Below are positions 24,501 to 37,830 of a stretch of DNA of 63,807 nucleotides, in pieces. The stretch is from Leucoraja erinacea. Taxonomy: Eukaryota. Numbering within the stretch: the stretch's first letter is position 1; every line of letters begins with the position of its first letter. The notes below the pieces were generated by a model. That model worked only from the letters and a program-made list of their open reading frames with translations, had not been told where the DNA came from and ran no database searches. The stretch spans positions 19,778,194 to 19,842,000 of the forward strand of contig NC_073400.1 of NCBI RefSeq assembly GCF_028641065.1, written 5' to 3'. Both the position numbers and the translations under genes were made by a program.

Positions 24501-26360
24501 AGGATTCGAGACACTTACTAAAATTCCCCTTCAAAATTGCAACAGAAAAATTCAAGTACCTGGGTATTCAAATTACGAGAAGACACAAATCATTATTTAG
24601 TGCCAATTATATACCACTATTAAATAAACTGAATGATACGATTAAATTTTGGAAAACGCTCCCGCTCTCATTGATAGGTAGAATTAACGCTATAAAAATG
24701 ACTTTCTTACCACAATTAATATATTTGTTTCAAGCGATCCCAATATATATTCCAAAATATTTTTTCAAAAAATTAGATTCCACTATCACTAATTTTATAT
24801 GGGACTACAGAACACATAGAATTCAACGAAAGCATTTGTGCAAATCTAAAGAAGTTGGGGGTTTATCATTACCTAACTTTATATATTACTACTGGGCAAT
24901 GCATATTAAGAACATAATGTACTGGCTGGATAGTTCCACTCAGCAGTTGGAGTGGATAAGAATGGAGAAAGAGGAGTGCTATCCGCACGATATAGGAACG
25001 ATCCTGCTCTCACCGATAAAATTGAATAGTATAATATATCAGAAGAACCCAATTATTCACAATATAATAAGAATTTGGAAACAAATAAAATTATCCTTGA
25101 AATTAAATAATTTATCAGTACTAACCCCACTATTGAACAACCCCGCATTCAAACCTTCTCTCATCGACAACACATATCAACAATGGGATAGACTGGGGAT
25201 TAGGAAAGTAGGGGATATGTATGAAGTGGACAAACTCAACAATTAAAATTAAAATTTAAATTGAAGGATAATCAATATTTTAAATATATACAGGTATGTG
25301 ACTTTATGAAGAAATATACACATAGATTTCAAACTATATTTTTAGATCCTTTAGAAGAAGCAATGAATATTAAGGCTGATTCACAAAAATTAATATCATA
25401 CTTTTATAATAATATATTAAATAGAGAATCACCCTCAACAGAAGCATTAAGGGAAGATTGGGAACATGAGCTAATGATAAAGATCTCGAAGGATAGATGG
25501 GAAAAGTATTTGATGAATACACATAACTATTCTATTAACGCAAGACATAATTTAATTCAATTCAAATTATTACATAGACTATATTATTCAAAAACGAGGT
25601 TGAATAAATTTTATCCAAACGTCTCTCCCAGATGCGATAAATGTTTGTTTCAAAACGCTAATATAACACATTCATTTGTAGGATGTACAAAGTTGAATAA
25701 ATTTTGGAGTGATATATTTGATATATTTACAAAGCTTTTCAAGTCAAGAATAGAACCCAAAACGGAATGGATTATATTTGGAATAATAGGAGAAGATATT
25801 GAAAGAAATTGATACTTAAATTTTGGAAAAATACAACCACACCAACTGTTAAAATGTGGATTAGGAATATGATGGACATAGCACGCCTTGAAGAAATGAG
25901 ACTCCGACTAATAGATAAATATGACCAATTCTCAAGGAGTTGGTCTCCTTTCATCGACTTTTTGGAATCATGTGATGCAGCGGTACCGTAAAGATTGCTG
26001 ATTTCAGTTCATGACGCGGATAGATCTACATCTCCGAATACAGATTTGAAAAATTCTCTTTTAAGGGGCCTTCTCTTCTATTTCTACTTTCCACTTTCTC
26101 TCTTCCTTTTTTATTTTTTATATACACACTTCATGTTTTTCTACTCTACCATCTATTTTTCCACTTTTTCCTCTTTCTATTGTTTTCTTTTTCTTGTCTT
26201 GCTTACTTTCTTCTCATAACATAAAACTAGAGGTTGTACATAGAATGGATTACGGTATTACATAGTTGGCACCTAAAATTAGGTTCCACTGTACTGTTTT
26301 GTGCTGTATTAACTTCTAATAAAATAAACAAAAAAATAAAAAATAAAAAAATAAAAATAA
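21600..26360 (+). mobile_element. L1-clade LINE, 5'-truncated (ORF2 and 3' UTR), nested in the Academ-like element
   Basis: APE domain (SWNIRG, FLQETH, GGDFN, YSRIDY, SDHSP), RT (PGPDGF, LDAEKAFD, RQGCALSP, YADD), C-terminal CDKC..H, AATAAA and A-rich tail at 26318-26360. The 5' boundary is approximate. Confidence 0.93.
22241..25991 (+). pseudogene. L1 ORF2 (endonuclease-RT) with one nonsense codon and two frameshifting deletions
   Basis: TAA at 24356-24358 just before LYADD, and the same frame resumes; frame changes near 25240 and 25810. Confidence 0.9.
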
Positions 26361-26855
26361 TATGATGAATATCATTTTGAGTGTGTTTTTTTAATGACAC
26401 TGTCGCAGAGGTCCTGCTCCTGAACCAGCCTAATTAATGGGTTAGGGCAATTCTTGAGGGTTCCTTCCTTTACTGAACCCCACTGACTGCCAGTGTGCAG
26501 AGTGGGGGTGACGGTCATAGTGGGACCGGGGCAGTGCCAGGCATGCATGTTTCAGTCGCTTTCATAGGAAATTAAATGAGACTGCAGCAGATATCCCAGG
26601 TAATAAGGGCTCATGAACCTGCTTAATTAAAGGATCAGGACAGATCCTCTAGGTTTCCCCATTTACTGAACCCCGCTGACTGCCAAAGTGGGGAGAGTGG
26701 GGGTGACGGCCATAGTGGGACTGGGGCAGTGCCAGACCTGTAAGAGACCCGTCTTATTTCTGATGTAAATGTCACATCCTGGCCAAGAATCGAATGCTCT
26801 GTTTACTCGATGAATATTCATTTTAAGCTACAATGAGCTTATATTTATGTTATAG

Positions 26856-26890
<35 letters not shown>

Positions 26891-26939
26891 ATCCCCGATG
26901 GTGCCTTTGCAAATGAGGGCTATTACCTTAAACCTAAAA

Positions 26940-27150
26940 GAACCCTGAAAGTGTTGCATTGTTTATCTGTAGTTTGTTTGTGTGTCTGTGTGTGCCTTTC
27001 AAACATGTATCTGTGGCTGTATGTACGTGTGGATGGATATATGTGTGCATGTATGTTTGGATGTGTACATGTATGTCTGTGTGCGGATTTATGTGTGCAT
27101 GTATGTGTTTGCATGCATGGAAGTGTGCGTATGTATGTATGTGTGGATCA
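26940..27150 (+). repeat. Degenerate (GT/ATGT)n microsatellite
   Basis: Direct reading. Confidence 0.9.
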
Positions 27151-27964
27151 GTGGGTGGATTGTCGCAGTCATTCACTGCCACGCCATTATTATAAGTAAT
27201 TCACTCATTGTTTAAATAATTTGACCAAATAAACAGTGAAACGATCCATATTAAAATAAAACTTATATAATAATAATTTTTTTCCACAATTTATTTATTT
27301 TGTGTACTTTGAACATTTACAAATGATGCAATGCGCTGGTAGGACATGCCTACGGCCAGTGTGCTCGACAGTTGCTGTTTGTTGACTATGACTTGTCATG
27401 GATCGAAGCAGTCTCTTTGGGGCCGGCTCATCTGCTTCACCATCAGGAACTGCCTCTTGAGGTAATTCACCTGCTTCAGGCTTTTCAACGTCTTGAACTC
27501 AATTGAAAGAGGAAAAAGAAAACAGAATAGGAATGAAAAGTAAATTAAATCAACATCCTCAAATATATCTTTTCATTTTTCAAATTAACATCATATGACC
27601 ATAAGTAAAAAGATTTGTTGTTTGAGTCCTATCATTACCTTTCTTCCTTCTAGACTTTGCTATCGCTCGATTTATTGTTATGTTGCAGAAGCACTCTGCA
27701 TGATAACCCGGGATACACTGCTGCCTCCTAATAATAGAAGATAATATGTGTCAGGGTGTATTTTACATCTTTTCATGTTTCATATTATGTAAGACAATAT
27801 CGACATATCAATGAGGAAATTAAATATGTGTGCATGTCCAGGTAGGTGGGATGGCAAGTCTGCAAATTATCAAATTAGTGTTCATTAAAGCACAGTGAAT
27901 GTCCACACAAAACACTTTTGTGTGGACAGGCTCTGAAGCATAGAGGGGCAGAAGCTGCAGAAAA

Positions 27965-28460
27965 AAAGAATCTCATATTACTTAGGTCTGCATGGACTTC
28001 GATTCATAAAACGTCAATCTCTTCTTAATGTCAATGAGACTGACACTGTAATTTACAGCCATAGATAAGACTTCAAGTTCAAGTGCAGGAGCAGAGGGTG
28101 CAGAATAGCTAGAGAAAGAAACATCTCATAGTACTTGGGTCTGCATGGACTTCAATTCATAAAGTCAAGTCAAGTTTATTTGTCACATACACATACGAGA
28201 TGTGCAGTGAAATGAAAATGGCAATGCTCGCGGACTTTTGTGCAAAAGACAAACAACAAAACAACCAAACAAATTATAAACACAAGTGTCAACCTCTATT
28301 TAATGTCAATGAGACTTACACTGTAATTTACTACAATTGATAAGTAATTTCAAGTTTCAGTAGAGGCTATAGAAAAAAAAAAATCTCGTAGTCATTAAGT
28401 CTGCATGGACTTCAATTCATAAAATTTAAACCTCTTCTTAATGTTAATGAGAATAACAAT
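27965..28460 (+). repeat. Three imperfect ~100-bp repeats inside the Academ-like element
   Basis: TCTGCATGGACTTC(G/A)ATTCATAAA..TAATGT(C/T)AATGAGA occurs three times. Confidence 0.8.
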
Positions 28461-30084
28461 AGGTTACTACCATAGAAAAACTAGTTCACATATCACCAAT
28501 TCATTTCTACAGAAAAATCAACCATTTCTGACCATTTCTCACTGCAATGGAAGCCAATAAATAGCGATCGATATCCCTCCGTTTTTCTCCCGTTGTCGGG
28601 GCCTGAAAACGGCAGCTACAGTCGGCACCATCTACAGCATCCCCCACCCGCCCGCCTGCGGAGATGATGTGCGGCTCCGCGTTCGCGAATCGGCCGCTTC
28701 TTAATTGAGACCGCGGCTTCACTATACCGCGGGTACCTAGGCCCCGCGATCGGAGCACTTTTTCCCGGTAAGTTATCGCAGGCAGCTCCGAGATTAGTTG
28801 TTAAAGACTTATTACTCTACAACAAGCTGGCATTAGTGACAATGTTTAATTGACTGTGTTATGGAAACATATAGTTTAGGCCCTCAATTTCATGAATGAA
28901 TTAAATGTATTCACATTATAAAAGGGTGCAATTAAATTAATTAAAGTCCATACAGATAGATTTTCATAAATTCAGACTTTAGATCTTACCTTGCAGTTAG
29001 AGTTGATTCCTGGCTGTCTTCTTGTGTTCCAGCACCTCAGCAGCGACTTTGCTTTCAAGGCTTTCTTCTACTTCAATCTACTTAACAGCACATTCTTCAG
29101 CCTTTTTAATGCTTTTCTCACTAAATTCAATTACCCTGCGGCAAGTTTCCACAACATTTATTCCACAGAACAACAAATCGGAATCTCCAGTAAAACAGGC
29201 ATCTGCTGGGGCAGCCTCAGCCATGTTGTGTGCTAGCCTGAAGCAAAGCGTGTGATTGGCCAACTGGCAAACAACTCAATGTTAAACGTGCTTTGATTGG
29301 ACTCAAAATGACCCGAAATGTTTCCGTTTTTTCTCTAATTTAATAAAAAATGTGCAAGTCCTCTTCATGACGAGTTTCAGGGGTGATTTATATAATTTAT
29401 TTTACACAATATGTGAAAATTTCATGTAGTTTGGTGACTTGGCTCACGAAACTGTAGAATAAAGCTCCTCGGCCCACAGCCTAAGTGTCCGTTTCAGGAG
29501 TTTCATGAGTCTGGTGTTGGGCTTGTACTCTTATCTATGACACCACGGCTGTGCCTAACTTGCTTTCCACTTTGAAACATTGTAGCTGTAACCAGCCTAT
29601 AAGTAGGCCTGCATAATTGCCAACTAGTCCTCTGAAGGTCAAACCTGAGGAACAACCTCCACTCTCGATTGCTGAGCCACGATAGTTCAACATTTGAAGT
29701 GTAATGATTAATTTTTAAAGTTAATATAGCTAAAATGCAAATGATTAAAAATATAGCATGACAAAAAGTATGTTGATCTTGGCTGACCATCTGAAAGACA
29801 TTAGCTGATCTTTCGCCAATGAAGGGTTCGTGCTGTGTGCATCAACATGACGAGTAAAGCAGAGCAATGGGAATGCGATCAGGTGAGGCCCCCTTACCAG
29901 CTGAGTAGGAACTGCTTTGAGACAGAGTAAAGCCCTGTCACTCCTTTGAAACATCCATATTTTATTAAGTCCTCACATTTTCGGACTGTCTGATGAGAGA
30001 GGATATGTCAGGGTAGGCCGGTGCCCTTCCTCACACTTATTCCTAGGGAATGAAGCATGTGTATCCTGAGTGTGCCATTATAGA

Positions 30085-30330
30085 AACATAGAAAATAGTT
30101 TAGTTTAGAGATACAACATGAAAACAGGCGCTTCGGCCCGCCGAGTCTGCACGGACCAACAATCCCCGCACATTAACACCATCCTACACTAGGGACAATT
30201 TATATCAAGCCAATTAACCTACAAACCTGTTATGATTTTGGTGTGAGGGTGGAATCTGAGGTTCTTGGAGAAAACCCATGCAGGTCACAGGGAGAACGTA
30301 CAAACTCCGTACAGATAAGCACCCGTCGGT
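30085..30330 (-). mobile_element. SINE of the same family, reverse
   Basis: Reverse complement of the 30890-31180 body (GGAGAAAACCCATGCAGGTCACAGGGAGAACGTACAAACTCCGTAC). Confidence 0.75.
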
Positions 30331-30334
30331 GCAG

Positions 30335-30600
30335 GAGTCGGCCATTCTGCCCTACCACCGCTATTCAATATGATCATGGCTGATCATCCAGAATCAGTAA
30401 CCTGTTCCTGCTTCTCCCCATATATCTTGATTCCATTAACACCAAGAGATATATCTAACTCTGCCTTCTGTAGCAGAGAATTTGTCAAATTCACAACTCT
30501 TTGGCTGAAAAAGTTTTTCCTCATCTCAGTCCTAAATGACCTACCACTTATTCTTAAACTGTGACCCCTGGTTCTAGTCTCTGCCAACATGGGGAACATT
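30335..30600 (-). mobile_element. CR1 3' fragment
   Basis: Minus ORF TRTRGHSLRISGRSFRTEMRKNFFSQRVVNL. Confidence 0.85.
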
Positions 30601-30889
30601 TCACTTCCCCTTCTCTGGGGACAGCTTTCCTTTTCGTAGAAATGTTTAAACACCATGCATGATGGGAAAGGACGATTTTAAAAAGGAAGTGACAGCAATA
30701 TTAATTGCCTCATATTGTGTTTTGAATTGAATTCTGTCTTTAATTTGTGTACTAGTCATGTCTCTACTATTTATTTCATTCCCCTTACATGTTTTTCCTC
30801 TACCTGCTAAATTTTTGTAAGATGTCCTTGAGACTCTTGAAAGGCGCCCATAACTAAAATTTATTATTATTATTATTAATATTGATTCA

Positions 30890-31180
30890 TGGCGGCACAG
30901 TGGCACCACAGTAGAGTTGCTGCCTTACATCGCCAGAGACCCGGGTTTGATCCTGACTATGGATGCTATTTGTACGGAGTTTGTACGTTTTCCCTGTATC
31001 CGCGTGGGTTTTCTCTGGGTGTCCGGTTTCCTCCCACACTTCAAAGAGGTATAGGCTTGTTGATTAATTGGCTTCAGTAAAATTGTAAGATTGTCCCTAG
31101 TATGTAGGGTAGTGTTAATGGTCGGTGCGGACCCATTGAGCCGAAAGGACTGTTTCTGTGCTGTATCTCTCAAGTAAAGC
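30890..31180 (+). mobile_element. tRNA-derived SINE (HE1/V-SINE-like)
   Basis: A-box-like GGCGGCACAGTGG, B-box-like GGGTTTGATCC, central CCGCGTGGGTTTTCTC..CCGGTTTCCTCCCACA, CR1-like tail. Confidence 0.8.
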
Positions 31181-31189
31181 CAAAAATAA

Positions 31190-31690
31190 TCCATTGCTTC
31201 AGAAAAGAGGAAGGAAATCCAAGAAGGCCCTTCAAATGAGGCCATGTGGGTAGAAACATTTCTGGAGAGTCAACCACGGGTGTCCCAGCAGAAGATAGAG
31301 AAGCAGAGGTGCTGACGAATTCTGAGCAGTTTTAAGCCCCACGTTTGAGGGGTGTCCCCACCAGACTCCATCCCTCAGTATCCAGCAGCTGAAGGACCCG
31401 AGAATATGATCCTCCCCCACAGAGCCTTGGTGTTGGCTGCACCAAACATCAGCGAGTCCCTCAACATGGACATCTTGCTGTACTGGGAGGTCAGGTTTCA
31501 GGCAGACCAAACATTGTCTTTCAGAGTTGATGATCGCCCAGCAACATTTGATGTCCATCTCCGAATGTGGCATGGGAACAGCCCATCTTTCAGATAGTGC
31601 TCAGTTATGGAGCTGCTCAGGATGAACCCTTGCATCATTCTCCAAACTGTCTTTGCAAATGCACACTCAGTGAAGAGGTGGGCAGCAGTC
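31190..31690 (-). mobile_element. Tx1/L1-type 3' fragment
   Basis: ETAAHLFTECAFAKTVW zinc-knuckle-like motif on the minus strand. Confidence 0.65.
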
Positions 31691-33174
31691 TCCTCTCTGT
31701 GGAAATAAGAACTGCAGATGCTGGTTAATACACAAAAGGCCACAAAGTGCTGGAGTAACTCAGCGGGTCAGGCAGCATCCCTGGAGAATGCGGATATATG
31801 ATATTTTGCGTCAAGACCCTTTTTCAGTGTCTGTAGCAGCTGTCCAGAGGGCAGCGTGTCAGATTCCGACAGTACAAGGATTTTACAGGGAGGGTCTCTT
31901 AACGCGAGCCTTGTGAGGTCTTGGTGTATGTTGGTGGGTTTTGGCGATTAGGCATTTTGGCAAATACACGACAAAATAATCTGCTCAGGATACCATGCCA
32001 CAGGATCCATCAAAACCTTGTCTTGTATACTTTCAGAATGTTCCATGCTGACCACTACCCAATGGACTTATAGTCAAAGGTACATAGACACAAAGTGCTG
32101 GAGTAGTTCAGCGGGTCAGGCAGCATCTCTGGAGAAAAAGGATGGGTGATGGTTCAGGTCCCTCTGAGATACTCCAGCACTTTGTGTCTATCTTTGATAT
32201 ACATCCACATCTGTCGTTCGTTGTTTCTACATTGTGGTCAAATGTTTGAGGCTTTAAGAACTTTTCAACCAAGGACAGGTGGTGCGGCAATGATACAGCC
32301 TTCTGACCCAATAATGAATTCATGATCTTCTGATGCAGGCAGAGTTATCAGAAGTGATGTGTTTTTGCTGGAAATCATTTGTTTGTGACATTGGCTCAGG
32401 TTTTGGTCGCCTCTCCATTAGCACACACTGACCTGCTACTTCCACTTTTCTTTGTTATTTTCTAACTTCTTAATTACCATCCTATCAGAGATTCACTGTT
32501 CAAGCCATCACTCTCCTTTGCAAATTAAAACAAACATTTTGGTATTTTTCACAGTTCAGATGTCATATGGCCTGAACCGTTAACCGTTTTCATTTGCTGT
32601 CTGACCTGCTGATTTTTTTGCTCCATTTTTGCTTTAGATTCACTACATGTATTTTTCTTTTTAAACGTTCATAGTTTGCAGTTTGTTTAATGGAATGCCT
32701 TGGAAATTTTTCAGTCGAATAATATATTTTCCAAAAAACGTCTTTTTATTTATAAATATCTGTTTATTGTCTTCGCAATGGCCTCGCCTTTAACACCTGT
32801 CCCTGAACCTGCTCCCTCTCATCCAGCAAGGACTCGTAGTCCGTACAGGTGAAATAGATATTCACATACACCTCCTTTAATCTCTTCAAAAGATAGATGT
32901 TGGATGCAAAAGTATTGGATTGGACAAGTGACTGTATTTCAATGCCTGAGCAATAGTGGATTTCCAAAGCTAGCCATTGGATTGGAGAAATGAGTGGCCA
33001 ATAAATTGCCATATTGAGCAGCCAATGAAAGGAAGATTAAATGTAGCAAAATGGCCCATTGACAGTGAAGTTGTTTTAGTTTTTAGAGTATTAGAGATAC
33101 AACGCGGAGTATTTGGCTCACCAAGTCTGCACCGACCAGCGATCCCCGCACATTAACACTATTAACCATATAAC

Positions 33175-33925
33175 CATATAACAATTACAGCACGGAAACA
33201 GGCCATCTCGGCCCTACAAGTCCGTGCCGAACAACTTTTTTCCCTTAGTCCCACCTGCCTGCACTCACTCATACCATAACCCTCCATTCTCTTCTCATCC
33301 ATATGCCTATCCAATTTATTTTTAAATGATACCAACGAACCTGCCACCACCACTTCCACTGGAAGCTCATTCCACACCGCTACCACTCTCTGAGTAAAGA
33401 AGTTCCCCCTCATGTTACCCCTAAACTTCTGTCCCTTAATTCTGAAGTCATGGCCTCTTGTTTGAATCTTCCCTATTCTCAAAGGGAAAAGCTTGTCCAC
33501 ATCAACTCTGTTTATCCCTCTCATCATTTTAAAGACCTCTATCAAGTCCCCCTTAACCTTCTGCGCTCCAGAGAATAAAGACCTAACTTATTCAACCTAT
33601 CTCTGTAACTTAGTTGTTGAAACCCAGGCAACATTCTAGTAAATCTCCTCTATACTCTCTCTATTTTGTTGACATCCTTCCTATAATTGGGCGACCAAAA
33701 TTGTACACCATACTCCAGATTTGGTCTCACCAATGCCTTGTACAATTTTAACATTACATCCCAGCTTCTATACTCAATGCTCTGATTTATAAAGGCTAGC
33801 ATACCAAAAGCTTTCTTTACCACCCTATCTATATGAGATTCCACCTTCAAGGAACTATGCACGGTTATTCCCAGATCCCTCTGTTCAACTGTATTCTTCA
33901 ATTCCCTACCATTTACCATGTATGT
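33175..33925 (-). mobile_element. CR1 RT 3' fragment
   Basis: LYKALVRPNLEYGVQFWSP and TRGHDFRIKG..FFTQRVVAVWNELP. Confidence 0.9.
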
Positions 33926-33944
33926 CCTTTTTTTTTTCTTTTTT

Positions 33945-34165
33945 CTACACACACTAAGGATAATTAACACTTACACCAAACCAATTAACCGACAAACATG
34001 TACGTCTTTGGAGTGTGGGAGGAAACGGAAGATATTGGTGAAAACCCACGCGGTCACGGGGAGAACGTACAAACTCCGTACAGACAGCACCCGTAGTCGG
34101 GATCGAAAACGGATCTCCAGTGTCGTAAGGGCTGTAAGGCAGCAACTCTAGCACTGCGCCATCAT
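33945..34165 (-). mobile_element. SINE of the same family, reverse
   Basis: AAAACCCACGCGGTCACGGGGAGAACGTACAAACTCCGTACAGAC..CACTGCGCC. Confidence 0.75.
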
Positions 34166-34375
34166 ACTGAGGTAAAGCACTGTTGAGGTGAAGTGTGTTG
34201 CGGTGCCGTGTTCAGGGTAAGTGAAGGGCTTTGGCCCAGGAGGCTTTGCTAAGGCTGAAAGAAGGTAAAGGTAGTTTCTGTTTCTTTGTGTGATGATTGT
34301 GTTTTTTCCCTATTAGTTTTTGTGGAGTAGAGATGGCAGGTAGAATGGTGAAATGTTCTTCCTGCAAAATGTTAG

Positions 34376-35398
34376 TGTAATTTATTGGGGCAAATCCTCC
34401 AAAATCATGGAAGAACTCGGATAAGGACATGGACATTTTAAAAAGACAAATTTGCTGGCTGCAACGGAAAACCCCCCAATCCACAAACCTGTCTGGCATG
34501 TGGACTTGCGCATCAAACAACTGGGCGAATGGTGTGGGGAGGAAAGGCTGAGACGGAGATAACGAGATTATCTTGGATACACAAAGGAAGGAACCAAGCC
34601 TCAGCAGACGGTGGTAAACAGGCCAGCTGCAAGCTCAATCACCATCTTGGATGACCCATCCATCGAGACAATAGGAGCCCGTCCAGGCGATGGGATAACG
34701 ATCAGGCTGAGGGATCATGACATCAGCAAGCCCCTTATCATCGGAAGCCTATTGTTCATGCCAGATCGAAACTGGGTATCATCAAAAGAACCCTTTTCAT
34801 CCAGAGGACCACCTGGGGGTTTCAAAGTAAGCTCAGGTATAAAAACAGGAGTCAAGCCAGAACTCACTCTTTTTCCTGCCCTGCTGGATGGCTCGTGAGC
34901 CCAACTATAACTCTCTTTCTGCTCTGCTGGACAGCTCGTGAGCCCAACTGTAAGTACCCCAGTGACCTGGTGAAATTCCCGAAATAGTATAGAGGTTAAG
35001 AAAATATAGGGGGGTAAAATTGTGTAAAGTAAGTTTTACGATGTGCCCGATAGTTTTCCGTCCATAGTCTTAGTTTAAAGCATAAGTTTAGCCACGTATT
35101 ATGCAGTGTTGCTGAGATTCGATTTCTCATTGTTCAATAAAGCCTGTAAATTTTAGACTTGCTTTGAGTCCATCTTGGTTTCTGTTTTCTCTCATCGGCA
35201 CACTCTGGTCAATTCAAACTTTTATCATATCCCACCATAATTCCGAGGTCTAGAACCTAGGGGAATCCCTTTTGTTGTATTCTCTCTCTTGGAAACCGCT
35301 CGAGTGGAGTGGTGGCCGTTTGACCCCCCCGACAAGGGAGAGAATAACTCGGGCAGTTGGGCCTGAAGGGAAATAAAGGGAACCGCAAAACCCCTACA
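34376..35398. mobile_element. Probable solo LTR interrupting a CR1 5' region
   Basis: TGTAA...CTACA ends, flanks TTAG/TTGG (3 of 4 match), internal AATAAA near 35135. CR1-like sequence joins across it. Confidence 0.45.
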
Positions 35399-37830
35399 TT
35401 GGGTCAGGGATACTGCTGGTATCTCTGATGACTATACCTGTGGGAAATGTGTCCAAGAGCAGCTCCTTCCAGACCACGCTAGGGAGCTGGAACTGAGGCT
35501 GGACAACCTCAAGATCATCGAGTGAATGTGAGCATCATAAACAGGAGTTATAGCGATGTGATCACTGCCAAGGTACAGGAAAGAAGTACAAGGGTGACCA
35601 CGAGGAAAGGGAGTATTGATTAAAGAGCCCAATATGACATAACTGATGGCTTGTCCAGTTAAGCTATATGGATCAAATTGAGGGGGGGGAGAGGATGACC
35701 ATCTTGTTAGCAGTGTACTACAGGCCCGAAAATAGGCAAAGGGAATCAGAAGAACAAATATGCCAGGACATTTCAAGCAGCTGTAAGACTAATAGGGTTG
35801 TCATAATGGGAGGTTTTAACTTTCCCAATATGGACTAGGACTGTCATAGTGCCGAGAGTTTAGACAGGGTGGAGTTTGTCAAATGTGTTCAGGAAAGTTT
35901 TCTTAGGCAAGATGTAGAGGGCCCTACAGGGGTGAGGGCAAAGCTTAATCTACCTGTACGAAATTGGAAAGAGCAAGTAACTGAAATGTTATGAATAAAG
36001 ACCGGGAAGGCCCACGTTGAAATTCTGAATTGGGACAAGCCCAACTTTAGTATTAGACAGGAACTTGCTCAAGTTGATTGGAGCAGGTTGTTTGTGGGCA
36101 AAGGATCATCCAGAAAGAGGGATACTACTCAAAAGCGGTCGGGGTACCGCACCCATGGTTGGAGTTGAATGCCGTGGTGGAATGAGACTAACCCCAGGTC
36201 CTGACACGCATGGGCGCCCAGCAGGGTGACGTTAAGCATGTGATGACAAAAGTTCAGGCATGCATGTTCCTGTAAGAGTGAATGGCAAGCCAAGTGTGAG
36301 TAAGGAAGCCTGGATGATAAAAGAAATTGAAGCTCTGGGCAAGAGAAAAGAGGCATGGTCCCATACAGGTAGATGGGAGCAACTATCTCCAGAGCAGTTT
36401 CGGAACCATACTCGAAAATTGGGCAAGTGATAGCTCTGGCAGACAATAGTAAGGAAAATCCAGAGATTGTTTAAGTAAATGGGTAACTAGAGAAATAATA
36501 AGGCACCTCAGAAACTAATGCTGTCATGTCTGTGTGGAGACACAGGAGATGCGCAAAGTCCTCTGATTATTTTTCCACTGGTTTTTACCATGGAGAGGAC
36601 ATGAAGGCTGGGGAACTTCATGAAATGTAAATGTCTTGAGCACAGTCCTTATTACGGTCGAGTAGGTGATGGATATCCTAATGCTCATGAAGGTAGATAA
36701 ATCTCCCCAGCCTGAACAGATATCTGAGAACACTGGGAAGCAAAGGATACTGCAGGAGCCTTGGCTGAGATATACGAATCATCATTAGACATGGTTGAGA
36801 TGCTGGACGACAGGAGGGTGGCTAATGTTGTGCCTCTATTTAAGAAGGGCTGCATCTTAAAAGCCTGGGAACTATAGAGTAGTGAGGATAATATCTGTGG
36901 TGGCCATGTTACCGGAGAGGATGCTAAGGGGTAAGAGATATATGCATTAAAGTAGACAGCAGCTGATGAGGGATGTGCTGCATGTGGGAGATTATGGCTT
37001 TTGACTCGGATTACATTTTTTGAAGAACTAACCTAAAAGGTTGACAAGCTGAAAGCCATAGATGTCGCCTAGATGGACTACCGCAAGGCCTTTGATAAAA
37101 ATCAACATGGTAGGCTGTTCTGGAAGATTAGATCACATGGGATCTAGGGAGAGACAGCTGTCTGGAAAGTGATTTTGATTGATGGAAGGATGGAGAGGGT
37201 GATGTAGAGGGCTGTTTTTCAACTGGAGGCCTGTGGCTAGTGAGGCACAGGCTCAAGGATCAGTGCTGGGCCCATTGCGGTTTATAGCTTTATATCAACG
37301 GATGAGAATGTTCAAGGAGTGATTAATAGGTTTGCAGATGACACTAAAGTGGGTGGTATTGTACATTGCAAAGATGATTATCAAAAATAACAGCAGGCAC
37401 TTTGATCAGTTGGGCAAGTGGATTGAAGAATTGTTAATGTAGTTTAATGCAGATACGTGTAAGATGTTGCATTTTGGAAAGTCAAACCAGGGCATGATCT
37501 ACACAGTGAATGGCAAGGCCTTGGGGATTGTTGTGGAGCAGTATCAAGGAGTGCAGGAATATAGTTACTTGCAACTCGTGTCACAGGTAGATAGTGGGCT
37601 TTTGGTACATTGGCCTTCATTAGTTAGGATATTGGGATGTTACAATTGTACAGGCATTGGTGAGGCTGCATTTAAAGTACTGTGTTCAGTTTTGGTCACC
37701 CTGTTAGAGGAATTATAATTCACAAATTCGGAACACATCTGATCTTTTAACAGTCCCATTTTCCTGAACTAACTCCATAATAGATTGGGACTGTATTCTC
37801 TCTCAGGATGCTTCTCCCAGTTGGGAAATC
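35399..37830 (+). mobile_element. Long degenerate CR1 LINE
   Basis: Recognisable endonuclease and RT remnants (GGFNFPN.D, FADDTK, MLHFGKSN) with many stops. Confidence 0.75.

Larger units (their letters stand above)
20949..29483 (-). mobile_element. Academ-like DNA transposon relic (8.5 kb including nested inserts)
   Basis: TIRs TAGGCTGTGGGCCGAG / CTCGGCCCACAGCCTA with longer subterminal homology and 3-bp TSD AGT (20946-20948, 29484-29486). Decayed minus-strand coding pieces: 29224-28990 ending at a GTAAG donor; ~27505-27330 PAPKRLLRS..HVLPAHCIICK; Cys-rich remnant ~21600-21400. TAG termini with 3-4 bp TSDs are the described Academ signature. Confidence 0.72.

Noticed and set aside
26855-26888. 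Long C and G homopolymers (also ~13590 and ~39205)
   Set aside because: Length is unreliable in assemblies and they sit in repeat interiors; no biological claim is supportable.
27891-27915. RAG recombination signal (CACAGTG plus ACAAAACAC)
   Set aside because: The spacer is 9 nt rather than 12 or 23, and no V, D or J segment is adjacent; no RSS flanks either V exon.
30890-30960. tRNA gene
   Set aside because: A- and B-box-like motifs continue into a SINE body and CR1-like tail; no cloverleaf.
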